From: Candidatus Velthaea sp.
GTDB taxonomy: Bacteria; Vulcanimicrobiota; Vulcanimicrobiia; Vulcanimicrobiales; Vulcanimicrobiaceae
Direction: 5' to 3'
NCBI GenBank assembly: GCA_965214935.1
Contig: CBDCCS010000022.1
Coordinates: 224,001 to 288,000 of the forward strand
Length of the DNA: 64,000 nt
The position numbers and the translations under genes were made by a program. This document shows positions 31,811 through 40,946 of the stretch, piece by piece. The notes beneath the pieces were generated by a model. The model was not told the origin of the DNA and did not search any database. It saw only the letters and a program-made list of their open reading frames with translations. The stretch's first letter is position 1. Each line of letters opens with the position of its first letter.

Positions 31811-33262
31811 TCATCGACAAGTTGCCCTGATGACGCACGAATCGATCGCGTGTGCATACGCCTGCATATAGCTTACCGGAAGCGAAAGATTGAGCAGGAC
31901 GCCGGAGGTATCGACGCCGCCAAGTTTTTGCCGGATGTTCGGCAGATTGTACTTCGCGGCGACGCGAAGCCACTCGGCATCACCGCTTAACGTGCTGATC
32001 TGATACGTTGGACCGTAGGTTCCGGCGTTATCGAAGACAACTGCACCAAACGTCGCTAAATTCGCTGCAAGAACGCCTTGCACGGGCGTCAAACGGCGGC
32101 TTGCGACGTCGGCCCGGATTTCGGCAGCGGAGCGTTGCAGCCAGATATGGTCGCCGTACGACCAGCCGGTTGCGTGCAAATTCTCGTGCCGCCGGTCGGC
32201 ACCCGCGTCATGACAAGAATAATCGGTACCGACAATGACCGCCGGCCACACATCGGGCTGCGGTTCTTCCGAACAAACCAGCGCCAAACCCGTTTCATGT
32301 TTAATGACGCCTTGCAAGATATCGTGCGGCGTTACGACGAGCGCCGTATACGGAGTATTTGAATGGTCGGCGCTGCCGCCCCACTTGCCCGGCGGCGCGT
32401 TGGCCGGACTAAAGCCGTCATTGGACGGCGTTTGCCCGCCGTACCAGCCGGTGCTCCCGGTCGAGAATGCGGCAATTCCAAAACCGAACATGGTGCCCGG
32501 ACCGCGAAAGGTGGTGCACTGCGCCGACGCTTCGGGTTCGCAGCCGTCGGACGTACTTGCGTTTTCGATGTCGATCTCATACTGAAGCCCCCGCGACGCA
32601 TCGAGGATCGGCCACTTGAAGCCGTCGGAGCTCTTCGGCGTCCAGCCGACCGGCTCGAGTAAATAGAGATGGCAATCGCAATTATGGGCGCCCGAATTTT
32701 GGGTGCGTGCATCCGGCGGTACGTGCACGTTAACGATATCATGACTGTAACCGCAGTAGCCCGGCGTCGTGCAGCGCAGGTTATAGGTCGGGTCGGCATT
32801 CGTTGCGGCATAGAAACCGGAGCCGGGCCCCGACGTTACGACATAATTCGACTGCGAGCCCCAAGCAAGTTCACCGTGGCTGACGTCGCTCCACTCCGGC
32901 CGCCATCCGGAATAGAACGCCACCGCGCCCGCGTCGTAGGCCTTGATGTGCCCGGCTGCTTTCGCTGCATCGATCGGAGTCGTGAGCGCAAGCGCATTCG
33001 GCCAGCGCGGGAACGGGCTCGGATAGCCGGCGGCATTCGGTGCCGGTGTCGGAGCGGGAAGCAGCCGCGCCGGCTCGTGCAGAGCCGGTTCGAATGCATT
33101 GCGTAGCAGCAACTTGGTGTGATCGATGAGCCGTGGCCGAAGGTGAGCCGGCATCGATAAGGCGATCCCGGCAACGCCGACGAGCGAAGCCCCGGCGACG
33201 GTAAGCTTGCGCACAAGCCCGGCCGGCTTCTGCTTCACCCGCGAGCGATAACCGCGCTGCAA
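31811..33262 (-). CDS. Membrane-anchored or secreted protein, close paralog of the C-domain of 29310..31505
   Basis: N-terminal hydrophobic segment; shared blocks YP.PFP.W, NCDCH.Y.L.P.GWTP, YEIDIENA, WGGSADHSNTPYT, WSYGDHIWLQR, AYAHAIDSCV. Confidence 0.85.
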   Translation of the reverse strand: MQRGYRSRVKQKPAGLVRKLTVAGASLVGVAGIALSMPAHLRPRLIDHTKLLLRNAFEPALHEPARLLPAPTPAPNAAGYPSPFPRWPNALALTTPIDAAKAAGHIKAYDAGAVAFYSGWRPEWSDVSHGELAWGSQSNYVVTSGPGSGFYAATNADPTYNLRCTTPGYCGYSHDIVNVHVPPDARTQNSGAHNCDCHLYLLEPVGWTPKSSDGFKWPILDASRGLQYEIDIENASTSDGCEPEASAQCTTFRGPGTMFGFGIAAFSTGSTGWYGGQTPSNDGFSPANAPPGKWGGSADHSNTPYTALVVTPHDILQGVIKHETGLALVCSEEPQPDVWPAVIVGTDYSCHDAGADRRHENLHATGWSYGDHIWLQRSAAEIRADVASRRLTPVQGVLAANLATFGAVVFDNAGTYGPTYQISTLSGDAEWLRVAAKYNLPNIRQKLGGVDTSGVLLNLSLPVSYMQAYAHAIDSCVIRATCR

Positions 33263-33294
33263 TCGGCGATTACTTACAGCAAGATCGGCACGAG

Positions 33295-34782
33295 TTATGG
33301 TGCTTTGCCGACCGAGTTCCGGACACCAAAATTACGCACGCGCGGAACGGATAAGAGCGCGCGACGAACCCGCGTCTGTTGCGCCTGAGTCGATACGGGA
33401 CGGCGCTGCCGTATATTCTTCGGTCGCTCGACGTTATGCAGCATCATCGGAATCATGAATGCCAACCAATAGTATTTAATGAGCAGCGGATCGATAAACA
33501 GAGCATTGACGAACAAACCGAACATGGCTGCTTCGGACGCGAGTCGCAGCGGATAATTACTGCTGGTCGGCTCGATCACGGCAGCTTGGCGAAAGCTTCG
33601 CCACCAGGCGAAAACCAGCACGGCAACACCGAATAAACCTAATTCGACGGAGGTCCCGACGAGAACGTTATGAGCCGGTCGCGACCAGCCCTCGAAGATC
33701 GGCTGAAAAACGGAGTTAAGTGCTTTGTCGTAGGCGACCGGAAAAGTACCCACACCGGCACCGGTGAGCCAGTGGTAATGATCGCCTAAAGCTTTGGCAC
33801 CGACGCTCCAGATGAATGTCCGGCCGCTGCCGTTGGTGAGCGTTTGATTTTGATTGAGCCGATTCAAAACCGCCGGAAACAGCACGAACGATAAACCCGT
33901 ACCGGCGGCTATCGCAAGCAGCGCAAGCCGATTCCGGCTTTTCACAACGTAATACACGAACACCACGCCGACCGAAATGAACGCGCCACGCGAGCCGGAA
34001 AGAAAGATCGCTGCGACCATTGCAAAAATCGAACTGCCGGCGAGCACCCGCATGAAAATTGCGCGATGTGCGAGCGCCACGCTCAAGCAAATGGAGATCG
34101 GCAGCAAAAAGCTCGTCGCAAAGAAGTTCGCATCGACGACCAGCCCCGTATCCGACGTTAGACTAACCCGTCCGTCACCGACCAGTTGACCGTGCGCGTA
34201 CATATTTAAACCAAAGGCAGCCGCGCACAAAGAGCCGGCGACGATGGCAAATAAAACGCCGCGCATCTCTTTGACGCTCACCGGATAAATAGCCACGACC
34301 GTCATCATCACGAATAACGGCAAGATGGCACCGAGCGCGGCCTGTGTCTTGACCGGTCCGATCGTCCAAAGCGCCGTAACGGTCATCCAGCCGACGAGCA
34401 CGAGCCAGGGCAGCCAAGAATCGGGCGCCGATAGCATCCGGCGCGTGACGATGATGCGCAAAGCAATCATCCCGGCCGCCATAAACGCTAACAATCGCGT
34501 CAACAAGCCGGCCGGACCGGCAGCCAGGATGAAATCAAACGGCACGAGAGCGGCCCATAAACCGAACGGGAAGATCAGCGGCCAGCGAAAAGCGACGACC
34601 GCCGCGACCGGAACCAGCGCGAGAACGACCGGGACGGCGAATGTCGCCACCCCCGCAGTCGCGCCCGCAGACCCGATGAAGACCAAGCCGATGCTCACGG
34701 TTATCAGTGCGATAGCCGAGAGGATGAACAGCGGGCCGGCTTTGATACCACTGCGCCGCGCAAATGTTAAGGGACCGGTCAC
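33295..34782 (-). CDS. O-antigen ligase / Wzy-like polymerase
   Basis: Multi-TM; DANFFA, SGSRGA, SGR..IW, G.G.G.F, AHN...ELG motifs. Confidence 0.88.
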   Translation of the reverse strand: MTGPLTFARRSGIKAGPLFILSAIALITVSIGLVFIGSAGATAGVATFAVPVVLALVPVAAVVAFRWPLIFPFGLWAALVPFDFILAAGPAGLLTRLLAFMAAGMIALRIIVTRRMLSAPDSWLPWLVLVGWMTVTALWTIGPVKTQAALGAILPLFVMMTVVAIYPVSVKEMRGVLFAIVAGSLCAAAFGLNMYAHGQLVGDGRVSLTSDTGLVVDANFFATSFLLPISICLSVALAHRAIFMRVLAGSSIFAMVAAIFLSGSRGAFISVGVVFVYYVVKSRNRLALLAIAAGTGLSFVLFPAVLNRLNQNQTLTNGSGRTFIWSVGAKALGDHYHWLTGAGVGTFPVAYDKALNSVFQPIFEGWSRPAHNVLVGTSVELGLFGVAVLVFAWWRSFRQAAVIEPTSSNYPLRLASEAAMFGLFVNALFIDPLLIKYYWLAFMIPMMLHNVERPKNIRQRRPVSTQAQQTRVRRALLSVPRVRNFGVRNSVGKAP

Positions 34783-34889
34783 GTCGTCATCATCTCAATT
34801 CGGTCATCGGCGAAAGCGGGCACAAAGTCTCGTCTGCGCGCTCCTTACCGGCCAGGGTGCGGCGTCGCAAGTGAGGCAAAGAAGCAAAA

Positions 34890-36032
34890 GTGAATGAACG
34901 GCGGCCACATATCCGGGAGCTCGACGGCATTCGCGCGCTTGCCGTTTGTCTCGTACTGATAACCCATCTCTTCGGATCGGCAGCTTTCGTGCCGGCCGGC
35001 ATGATCGCCGGACTGCCTGCGCCGGTTCGCCTTATCGTGACCCACGGTTGGCTGGGCGTCGATCTCTTCTTCGTGTTATCCGGCTTTCTTATCACCGGCA
35101 TCCTTCTTGGAGCAAAGGCCGAGCGGGATTACTTTCGCGGCTTCTATATTCGCCGCGTTCTGCGCATCTTGCCCTTATACGTCGTCGTGCTCAGCGTCTT
35201 GATTGCCGCCTACGGTTTCCAGAGATATGCAACGTACTGGACGTTTGCGATCGCGTTGTCGGCCAACCTCAGCAGTCTATTGCACGCCAAGGTGCCCGCC
35301 GGTGCCGGCCCGATGTGGTCCCTCGCCGTCGAAGAACAGTTCTATCTATTGTGGCCGCTGATCGTCTTGTGGCTGTCGCGGCGGCGGCTGGCGATCCTTG
35401 CAGCGGCGATCGTGATCGTCGAACCATTCGTGCGCTATCATCTCGGGACGCACGATATGTTCTATCCGTGGTGCCGGTTCGACGGGTTGGCGCTCGGCGC
35501 TTTACTCGCGACGCTCTTCTCAAGCCGAAGCTTTACGGCCGGCCGGAAGTGGCAGCTCTCGGCCGGCTTGGCCGTCGCCGCCGCGGCGTTGATCGCAGGG
35601 ACGGCACCCTTCGGCGGCTTTGCCGAGGGCCGGCTCTCAACGGCCGTCCGCATCTCCGAAGGCACGCTGTTCTTCGGTGCCCTCATCGCCTTGCTCGTCG
35701 CGTTTGCCGGAACGCCGGCAACGGCCATTTTTCGCACGCGAGCAGCCCGGATCGTGGCCGACCTCAGTTTTTGCCTCTATCTCATCCACGTGCCGCTCGT
35801 CGAGGCGTTCGAATCGGCGACACGCACGTACGTCCCGGCGATCCAAGCGCTGCCGCCGAATGTTCTCGTACCCTTGCGGGCAATTGTCGTGTTTACCGCT
35901 GCCGGTGTCATCGCGGCGCTGTCCCGACGCTACCTCGAGTTACCATTTTTGCGGCTCAAAGCGGTTTTGCTACCGGGCAACGTCCGCACCGACGCGCGCG
36001 AAGCCGCGTTCATCGAACGTCCGGCGCAGTGA
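34890..36032 (+). CDS. Acyltransferase family 3 (OafA-like)
   Basis: LDGIRALA, GVDLFFVLSGFLIT, RRVLRILPLY, WSLAVEEQFYL, YLIH. Confidence 0.93.
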   Translation: MNERRPHIRELDGIRALAVCLVLITHLFGSAAFVPAGMIAGLPAPVRLIVTHGWLGVDLFFVLSGFLITGILLGAKAERDYFRGFYIRRVLRILPLYVVVLSVLIAAYGFQRYATYWTFAIALSANLSSLLHAKVPAGAGPMWSLAVEEQFYLLWPLIVLWLSRRRLAILAAAIVIVEPFVRYHLGTHDMFYPWCRFDGLALGALLATLFSSRSFTAGRKWQLSAGLAVAAAALIAGTAPFGGFAEGRLSTAVRISEGTLFFGALIALLVAFAGTPATAIFRTRAARIVADLSFCLYLIHVPLVEAFESATRTYVPAIQALPPNVLVPLRAIVVFTAAGVIAALSRRYLELPFLRLKAVLLPGNVRTDAREAAFIERPAQ

Positions 36033-36177
36033 GCTCGCTGCATGCGTGGCACGTCGCCGCCGCGAATATCGTTATCGAGGGCAGACCGTACTGCTCGGCG
36101 TTCCGGCTTAATCGTCCGACCCGACTTGCCGAACCTCATCTTGTAACCTAAGAAGGCCAAGCCGATCCGGCGCGGGT

Positions 36178-36191
36178 GGGACACAAGTCCC
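36178..36191. promoter_or_regulatory. Palindromic DosR/NarL-type operator candidate
   Basis: GGGAC-ACAA-GTCCC perfect inverted half-sites in the intergenic region upstream of wza. Confidence 0.5.
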
Positions 36192-36288
36192 CGTCGCCGG
36201 GGCGAGTCGGGTCGTGAAGCGCGGAACTCGTTACGGTAAATCGTACATGTCATCATTCGTCATTTTATCTAAGAAAATAGGAAACGCC

Positions 36289-37221
36289 GTGCATCGAACG
36301 CTTCCACATCTTGCCGCTTTGACGGTCCTGGCGACAGCCGGCGTTGCGCCCGCGCCGGCGTTGAGTTCGACGCCGCCCGCCGTTGTGGCATCGGTACCCG
36401 ATAAGGGTTATCTTATTCATGGCGGCGACGAGTTGAACGTCGTTGTGTACGGCGAAAAAGATTTGACCCAAGTCGTCACGGTGCTGCCGAGCGGCACGAT
36501 CAGCTATCCGCTGATCGGCGAAATCCACGTCGGCGGCTTAACGCCGACCCAAGCGGCAAACGCCGTTTCGACGAGCCTCAAACATTTTGTACGCCAGCCG
36601 CAAGTTTCCGTCGTGGTACAAAAAGAAGGGCCGCTCGAAGTCCTCGTTCTCGGCAACGTTCTCAAGCCCGGTAAATACGAGCTGCCGTCGCGCAGCCGCC
36701 TGACCGATGCGATCGCCAGCGCCGGCGGACTTGGAATTACCGACGGCGATTTGCCCGGTGCCCGGCTTGCCGACGCCCGCGGCGACATCAAGCAAGTCTC
36801 GCTGCAGAAGCTGCTGCATGACGGCGACACGACCGAGAACGTACCGCTCGGCGACGAAATGACCGTCTACGTTTCGAGCCCGCTGACGCTCGACGTCCAA
36901 GTGCTCGGTGCGGTCGACAAGCCGGGTGACGTCGTCGTGCATGAAGGCGACCGCCTCTCGATGGCGATCGCGCGCGCCGGCAACGGCGCGAATGCGAACG
37001 CCGATCTCAACCATATTACCGTGCGCCGCATAGCCTCGGGCGGTGTCGCTCAAACAATGAACATCAACCTGTACGATGTGCTCAAAAGCGGCGACGTCAG
37101 CCGCGATCCGGTCTTGCAAAAGAACGACCTCGTGTACGTTCCGCAAACCGCCGGCCGGACCGATCGTGTCTCGGGCCCGGCATCGATCCTGTATTCGCTA
37201 AGCCGTCTCTTCATCCCATAA
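36289..37221 (+). CDS. wza: Polysaccharide export protein Wza/OPX (Poly_export + 2 SLBB)
   Basis: Y.I..GD.L.V.V, G.ISYPLIG, V.V.G.V.KPG repeats; start uncertain (36214/36247/36289). Confidence 0.88.
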   Translation: MHRTLPHLAALTVLATAGVAPAPALSSTPPAVVASVPDKGYLIHGGDELNVVVYGEKDLTQVVTVLPSGTISYPLIGEIHVGGLTPTQAANAVSTSLKHFVRQPQVSVVVQKEGPLEVLVLGNVLKPGKYELPSRSRLTDAIASAGGLGITDGDLPGARLADARGDIKQVSLQKLLHDGDTTENVPLGDEMTVYVSSPLTLDVQVLGAVDKPGDVVVHEGDRLSMAIARAGNGANANADLNHITVRRIASGGVAQTMNINLYDVLKSGDVSRDPVLQKNDLVYVPQTAGRTDRVSGPASILYSLSRLFIP

Positions 37222-37249
37222 ACCGCTGCAGCACTCATAGGGACCTTAC

Positions 37250-39454
37250 ATGAAGCGCGCTCTTACTCCGTATACGCCGACAGGCTCTTCGTTGACCGAA
37301 GAACGTCCGCAACCGATCTTCGCAACGACACCGCCCGGCGGCGGGGCGTCGGAGGTAGACGTCGCCCGTTGGCTCCGCGTCTTGCAACGGCGGCGCGCGG
37401 TCATCGCCATCGTGTTTTCCGCTGTGGTCCTGCTAATGGCGCTGGGGACGTTCCTCAAGCACAAAGCGTATACGACCGAAGTGCGGCTGATCGCCGGAAA
37501 CGGGTCGGGCGTGCAAGCCGCCGGCAGTGCCGATCAGAATCTGCCGGTTCTTAATGCACTCTTGAATGCCGGCGGCACGCAGTCACCGGAAACCTATACC
37601 GAACTGCTGCACGAATCGCCGGTCGCGCGGGACGTCGTGAACCGCCTGGGCTTGAACATCTCACCGGGCGAGTTGGCCGGACATGTCGTGATCAAACCGG
37701 TCACCGGCACGAGTATCATCGGCGTCGCGGCGACCTGGTCGGATCCTCAAACGTCGGCTCGGATCGCGAACGCTTACGCCAGTTCGTTCGTCGACCGCGA
37801 ACGCAACCTTATCGCGCATCAAGCCGATAGTGCGATCGGATTTCTGCAGACGCAGCTGCCGATCGCCGAGCAGCGCTTGCGTGTTGCTCAAGGTGCTCTC
37901 GCCGCGTATCAGACCCGCAATGGTATCGCCGACCTCCCGATGCAGACGCAATCGCAACTGACTCAGGTTGCCGCGCTCGACGCCAAGCAATCACAAGCCG
38001 AACTCGACGGCCATCAGGCCCAAGCACAACTCGGCAGCGTTACATCGCAATTGGCCAGCGTCGCACCGACCATCGAAGGCACGCGCAGCACGAATGCAAA
38101 TCCGGTCGCGTCGTCGATCGATCAACAGATCGCCACCGTTCGCACCCAACTCGACGCTGCGCGCAAGCAGTATACGGATGAATACCCCGCCGTAATCGCG
38201 CTCAGAGGCCAGCTTGCCAGCCTCGAAAAAGAAGCCCGCAGCCAAGCCGCTACCGTGACCGCCGGCTCGACCCGCATACCGAACCCGGTCTACCAGCAAC
38301 TCGAACAACAAGCTGCCACCCTGCGCGCGCAAATTTCGTCCGATGCATCGCAAAGTTCGACCGCTCGTGCACAGCGTACCGCGATGGACCCAATCGTTCG
38401 CGGTTTACCCGAACGCACGCAGCAAGTCGCGGCATTGACCCGCGAATCAAAGGCCGCCGAAGACGTCTATAATACGCTCGAGAAAAAATACGACGATGCG
38501 ATGCTGTCGCGGACGACGGCACTCTCCGACGTCACGATAACGCAATCGGCCGATCCCGAGAGTGCGACGGTGTCGCCGAACTACGTTCTCAACATGGCGA
38601 TCGCCGTGATCGCCGGCGCGTTGCTGGCTATCGGCTCCGCGTTCGTTCTCGAGTTTTTCGACGACCGTTTCCGCACCGAAGACGACATCAAAGAGCGATT
38701 GGGCATGCCCGTCCTCGCCTCGATCCCGTCGCTCACAAACGCCCTGCGGCCGGGATCGCGAACCGGCACGTGGATCGATGCACTTGCGTACGAATCGTAT
38801 TTCGAGCTGGTGACGGCGCTGCGCTATTCGTCGACGGAAGCACCGCGATCGGTCGCCATCACATCGCCGCGCCAAGGCGACGGTAAGTCGACGATTGCAC
38901 TCAATGTTGCAATTAGCATGGCCCAGCTCAATGCACGCGTGCTCATCATCGACGCCGATTTGCGCCGCCCGACTTTGCACACGAAGCTCGGCTTTGCCAA
39001 CGGCAAGGGACTGTCCGATGTACTCGTCGGCGTCTGTTCGCTCGATGCCGCCGTTCGTGAGAGCGGCCATCCCGGTGTCTTGTCGCTGACGAGCGGAACG
39101 CGTGCACCGAATCCGGTCGCGCTGCTGCAAGGCGACGCGTTTGACCGGTTGCTGATGGCCGCCCGCGAAAAATTCGACTTCGTCATCATCGACGCGCCGG
39201 CCTTAGGTCCGATCATCGACGGCGTTATCTTAGCCATGAAAGCCGATGGCGCCGTTCTCGTCGTATCGGCGACCAATACCGACACCCGTGCGGCAAATAA
39301 TGCGCTCGATAAATTAGCTGCCGTCGGTGCGGTCAATCTCATCGGCGTCGTACTCAATCATACGAAGCCCGAAGCGCATCAGTACTCGGAATACTATCTT
39401 GCAAGCGGTGCGGGTGCAAGCGTTTCGGAAAGCGGACCGGCACTGAGTTCGTGA
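37250..39454 (+). CDS. wzc: Polysaccharide co-polymerase / BY-kinase Wzc
   Basis: Two TMs with coiled-coil, YTDEYP, Walker A TSPRQGDGKS, IDADLRRP, IIDAP, C-terminal YSEYY. Confidence 0.92.
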   Translation: MKRALTPYTPTGSSLTEERPQPIFATTPPGGGASEVDVARWLRVLQRRRAVIAIVFSAVVLLMALGTFLKHKAYTTEVRLIAGNGSGVQAAGSADQNLPVLNALLNAGGTQSPETYTELLHESPVARDVVNRLGLNISPGELAGHVVIKPVTGTSIIGVAATWSDPQTSARIANAYASSFVDRERNLIAHQADSAIGFLQTQLPIAEQRLRVAQGALAAYQTRNGIADLPMQTQSQLTQVAALDAKQSQAELDGHQAQAQLGSVTSQLASVAPTIEGTRSTNANPVASSIDQQIATVRTQLDAARKQYTDEYPAVIALRGQLASLEKEARSQAATVTAGSTRIPNPVYQQLEQQAATLRAQISSDASQSSTARAQRTAMDPIVRGLPERTQQVAALTRESKAAEDVYNTLEKKYDDAMLSRTTALSDVTITQSADPESATVSPNYVLNMAIAVIAGALLAIGSAFVLEFFDDRFRTEDDIKERLGMPVLASIPSLTNALRPGSRTGTWIDALAYESYFELVTALRYSSTEAPRSVAITSPRQGDGKSTIALNVAISMAQLNARVLIIDADLRRPTLHTKLGFANGKGLSDVLVGVCSLDAAVRESGHPGVLSLTSGTRAPNPVALLQGDAFDRLLMAAREKFDFVIIDAPALGPIIDGVILAMKADGAVLVVSATNTDTRAANNALDKLAAVGAVNLIGVVLNHTKPEAHQYSEYYLASGAGASVSESGPALSS

Positions 39455-39469
39455 CGGACGGCGCTCGCG

Positions 39470-40039
39470 CTATTGACGTGCGGGCGTATCGTCCCAACCC
39501 AGCACTCTTGCAACAAGGGCCGCACGATTTGCGGCCTTTGTCTTTATCAACATCGATTTCACGTGAGCGGTCACCGTCGAGTCGGCGATACTTAATTTTT
39601 GAGCGATGCGTGAGGTTCCCGCGCCGCTGAGTACGTGACGCAACGTTTCAAGCTCACGTGGGGAAAGGCCGTAAGCGCGCTCGGCATGTTTGAGACTCGC
39701 CCGAATTTGGTAGCGCTGCGCGCTTAATGCAAGTAAGGCTCCGTCTCGACCATACACCGTCGTAATGCTGAGCGCGATGCTGGGCCAAGGTGTAATGCGT
39801 ACGCTTTTATCCGGCGACGTCATGAATTGCAGCGATTCCACGGTCGCTGCAACGATCGCTTGCAGCTGCTCCGGAATCGTGCCGCCGATCGCGACCGCGA
39901 GACCGAGAAAGTCCCAAATGTCGGTGGCCGAAGCGATGATAACCCGCCATTGCGCATCGAGAACGAGAAAATTTTGGGCCGCTACAGCAACCGGTAGACC
40001 CGGCGCAGGAGCAAGGCGCGGTGCGCCGCCGTTAATCAT
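39470..40039 (-). CDS. LuxR-family HTH regulator with PAS-like N-terminus
   Basis: LSPRELETL..V..G....IA..L.I..STV..HV HTH. Confidence 0.85.
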   Translation of the reverse strand: MINGGAPRLAPAPGLPVAVAAQNFLVLDAQWRVIIASATDIWDFLGLAVAIGGTIPEQLQAIVAATVESLQFMTSPDKSVRITPWPSIALSITTVYGRDGALLALSAQRYQIRASLKHAERAYGLSPRELETLRHVLSGAGTSRIAQKLSIADSTVTAHVKSMLIKTKAANRAALVARVLGWDDTPARQ

Positions 40040-40175
40040 CCGGGAAACACCTCATGGCAGCGCGAGAAAGTTTCATGCATGGCCGACGCTAACGACAAAT
40101 GCTTCTTACGCAAATACTTAATTTTGAGAAGTTGCCGGTTCTCATGCGTAGTTCATAATCGTAACACGTTCGCGA

Positions 40176-40877
40176 ATGAATCCCGGGCGCGCAACGTCGT
40201 GTGAAGGTCGAGGGGCAGCCCAAAAAGTGATCGGTCAAAGTATTGCTCCGCTTCGCACGTTTGTCATTGAACGTCAAGCGCTTATTGCCAAGGCGTTGCA
40301 TTCATTTTTGGATCGGAATTCGCTCATCCATATGGTGGGCGACGGACCGTCGATCCGCGTCGAAGACATGCAGCGAACGCGGCCGGACTTAGTTCTGTTC
40401 GGCCTCGATAACGCCGTACACGACGTCGCTGAGGCGCTGGCAATGGCTCGAAGCGTATTGCCCAACGTCCGCTTTTGCGTGTTGTCGAGCTTTGCCAACC
40501 CGGATGTTATGGAGCGTAGTCTTGCCTCCGGTGCCGACGGCTTCATAGTTAAGGACGTTTCACCCAGCGAATTGGATTTAGCGTTTACCGTTCTCGCCTC
40601 GGGTTCTTCATATGTCGACCCGCGCGTCCTCGCCGGAACGATCAAGCGCCGCGGTTGGCACGGGACTCTCGCCGAACCGTCGATCATCGATCTTACGCCC
40701 CGCGAAGCAGATATTTTACGCCTGATCGCCGCCGGCTTGTCGAACAAAGAGATTAGCGCGAATCTGGGTCTGTCGGAAAAGACGATCAAAAACTACGTCA
40801 GCCGCATCTTTTGCAAACTCAACGTGTCGGCACGCACTCAAGCCGCCGTCTATGCAATCAAGGCGGGCTTCGCCTAA
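40176..40877 (+). CDS. NarL/DosR-family response regulator with atypical receiver
   Basis: REC-like fold (VIER...PDLVLFG...VLSS...GADGFIVK) plus HTH GLSNKEI...EKTIKNYVSR. Confidence 0.9.
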   Translation: MNPGRATSCEGRGAAQKVIGQSIAPLRTFVIERQALIAKALHSFLDRNSLIHMVGDGPSIRVEDMQRTRPDLVLFGLDNAVHDVAEALAMARSVLPNVRFCVLSSFANPDVMERSLASGADGFIVKDVSPSELDLAFTVLASGSSYVDPRVLAGTIKRRGWHGTLAEPSIIDLTPREADILRLIAAGLSNKEISANLGLSEKTIKNYVSRIFCKLNVSARTQAAVYAIKAGFA

Positions 40878-40946
40878 ACTCCGCCGGCGCGGGACAAATT
40901 TTCAGGCGCAGGGACTCGTGGTGCGCGGGCGACAAAACTCGCATAC

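Noticed and set aside
30315..33030. Invertible phase-variation switch between inverted paralogs
   Set aside because: No recombinase nearby, and the repeats are diverged at synonymous sites
34946..36151. 401-aa ORF overlapping the acyltransferase
   Set aside because: Alternate frame of a clear gene; Arg-rich, no recognisable motifs
14900..40900. EPS locus as a mobile genomic island
   Set aside because: No integrase, transposase, tRNA or flanking direct repeats seen
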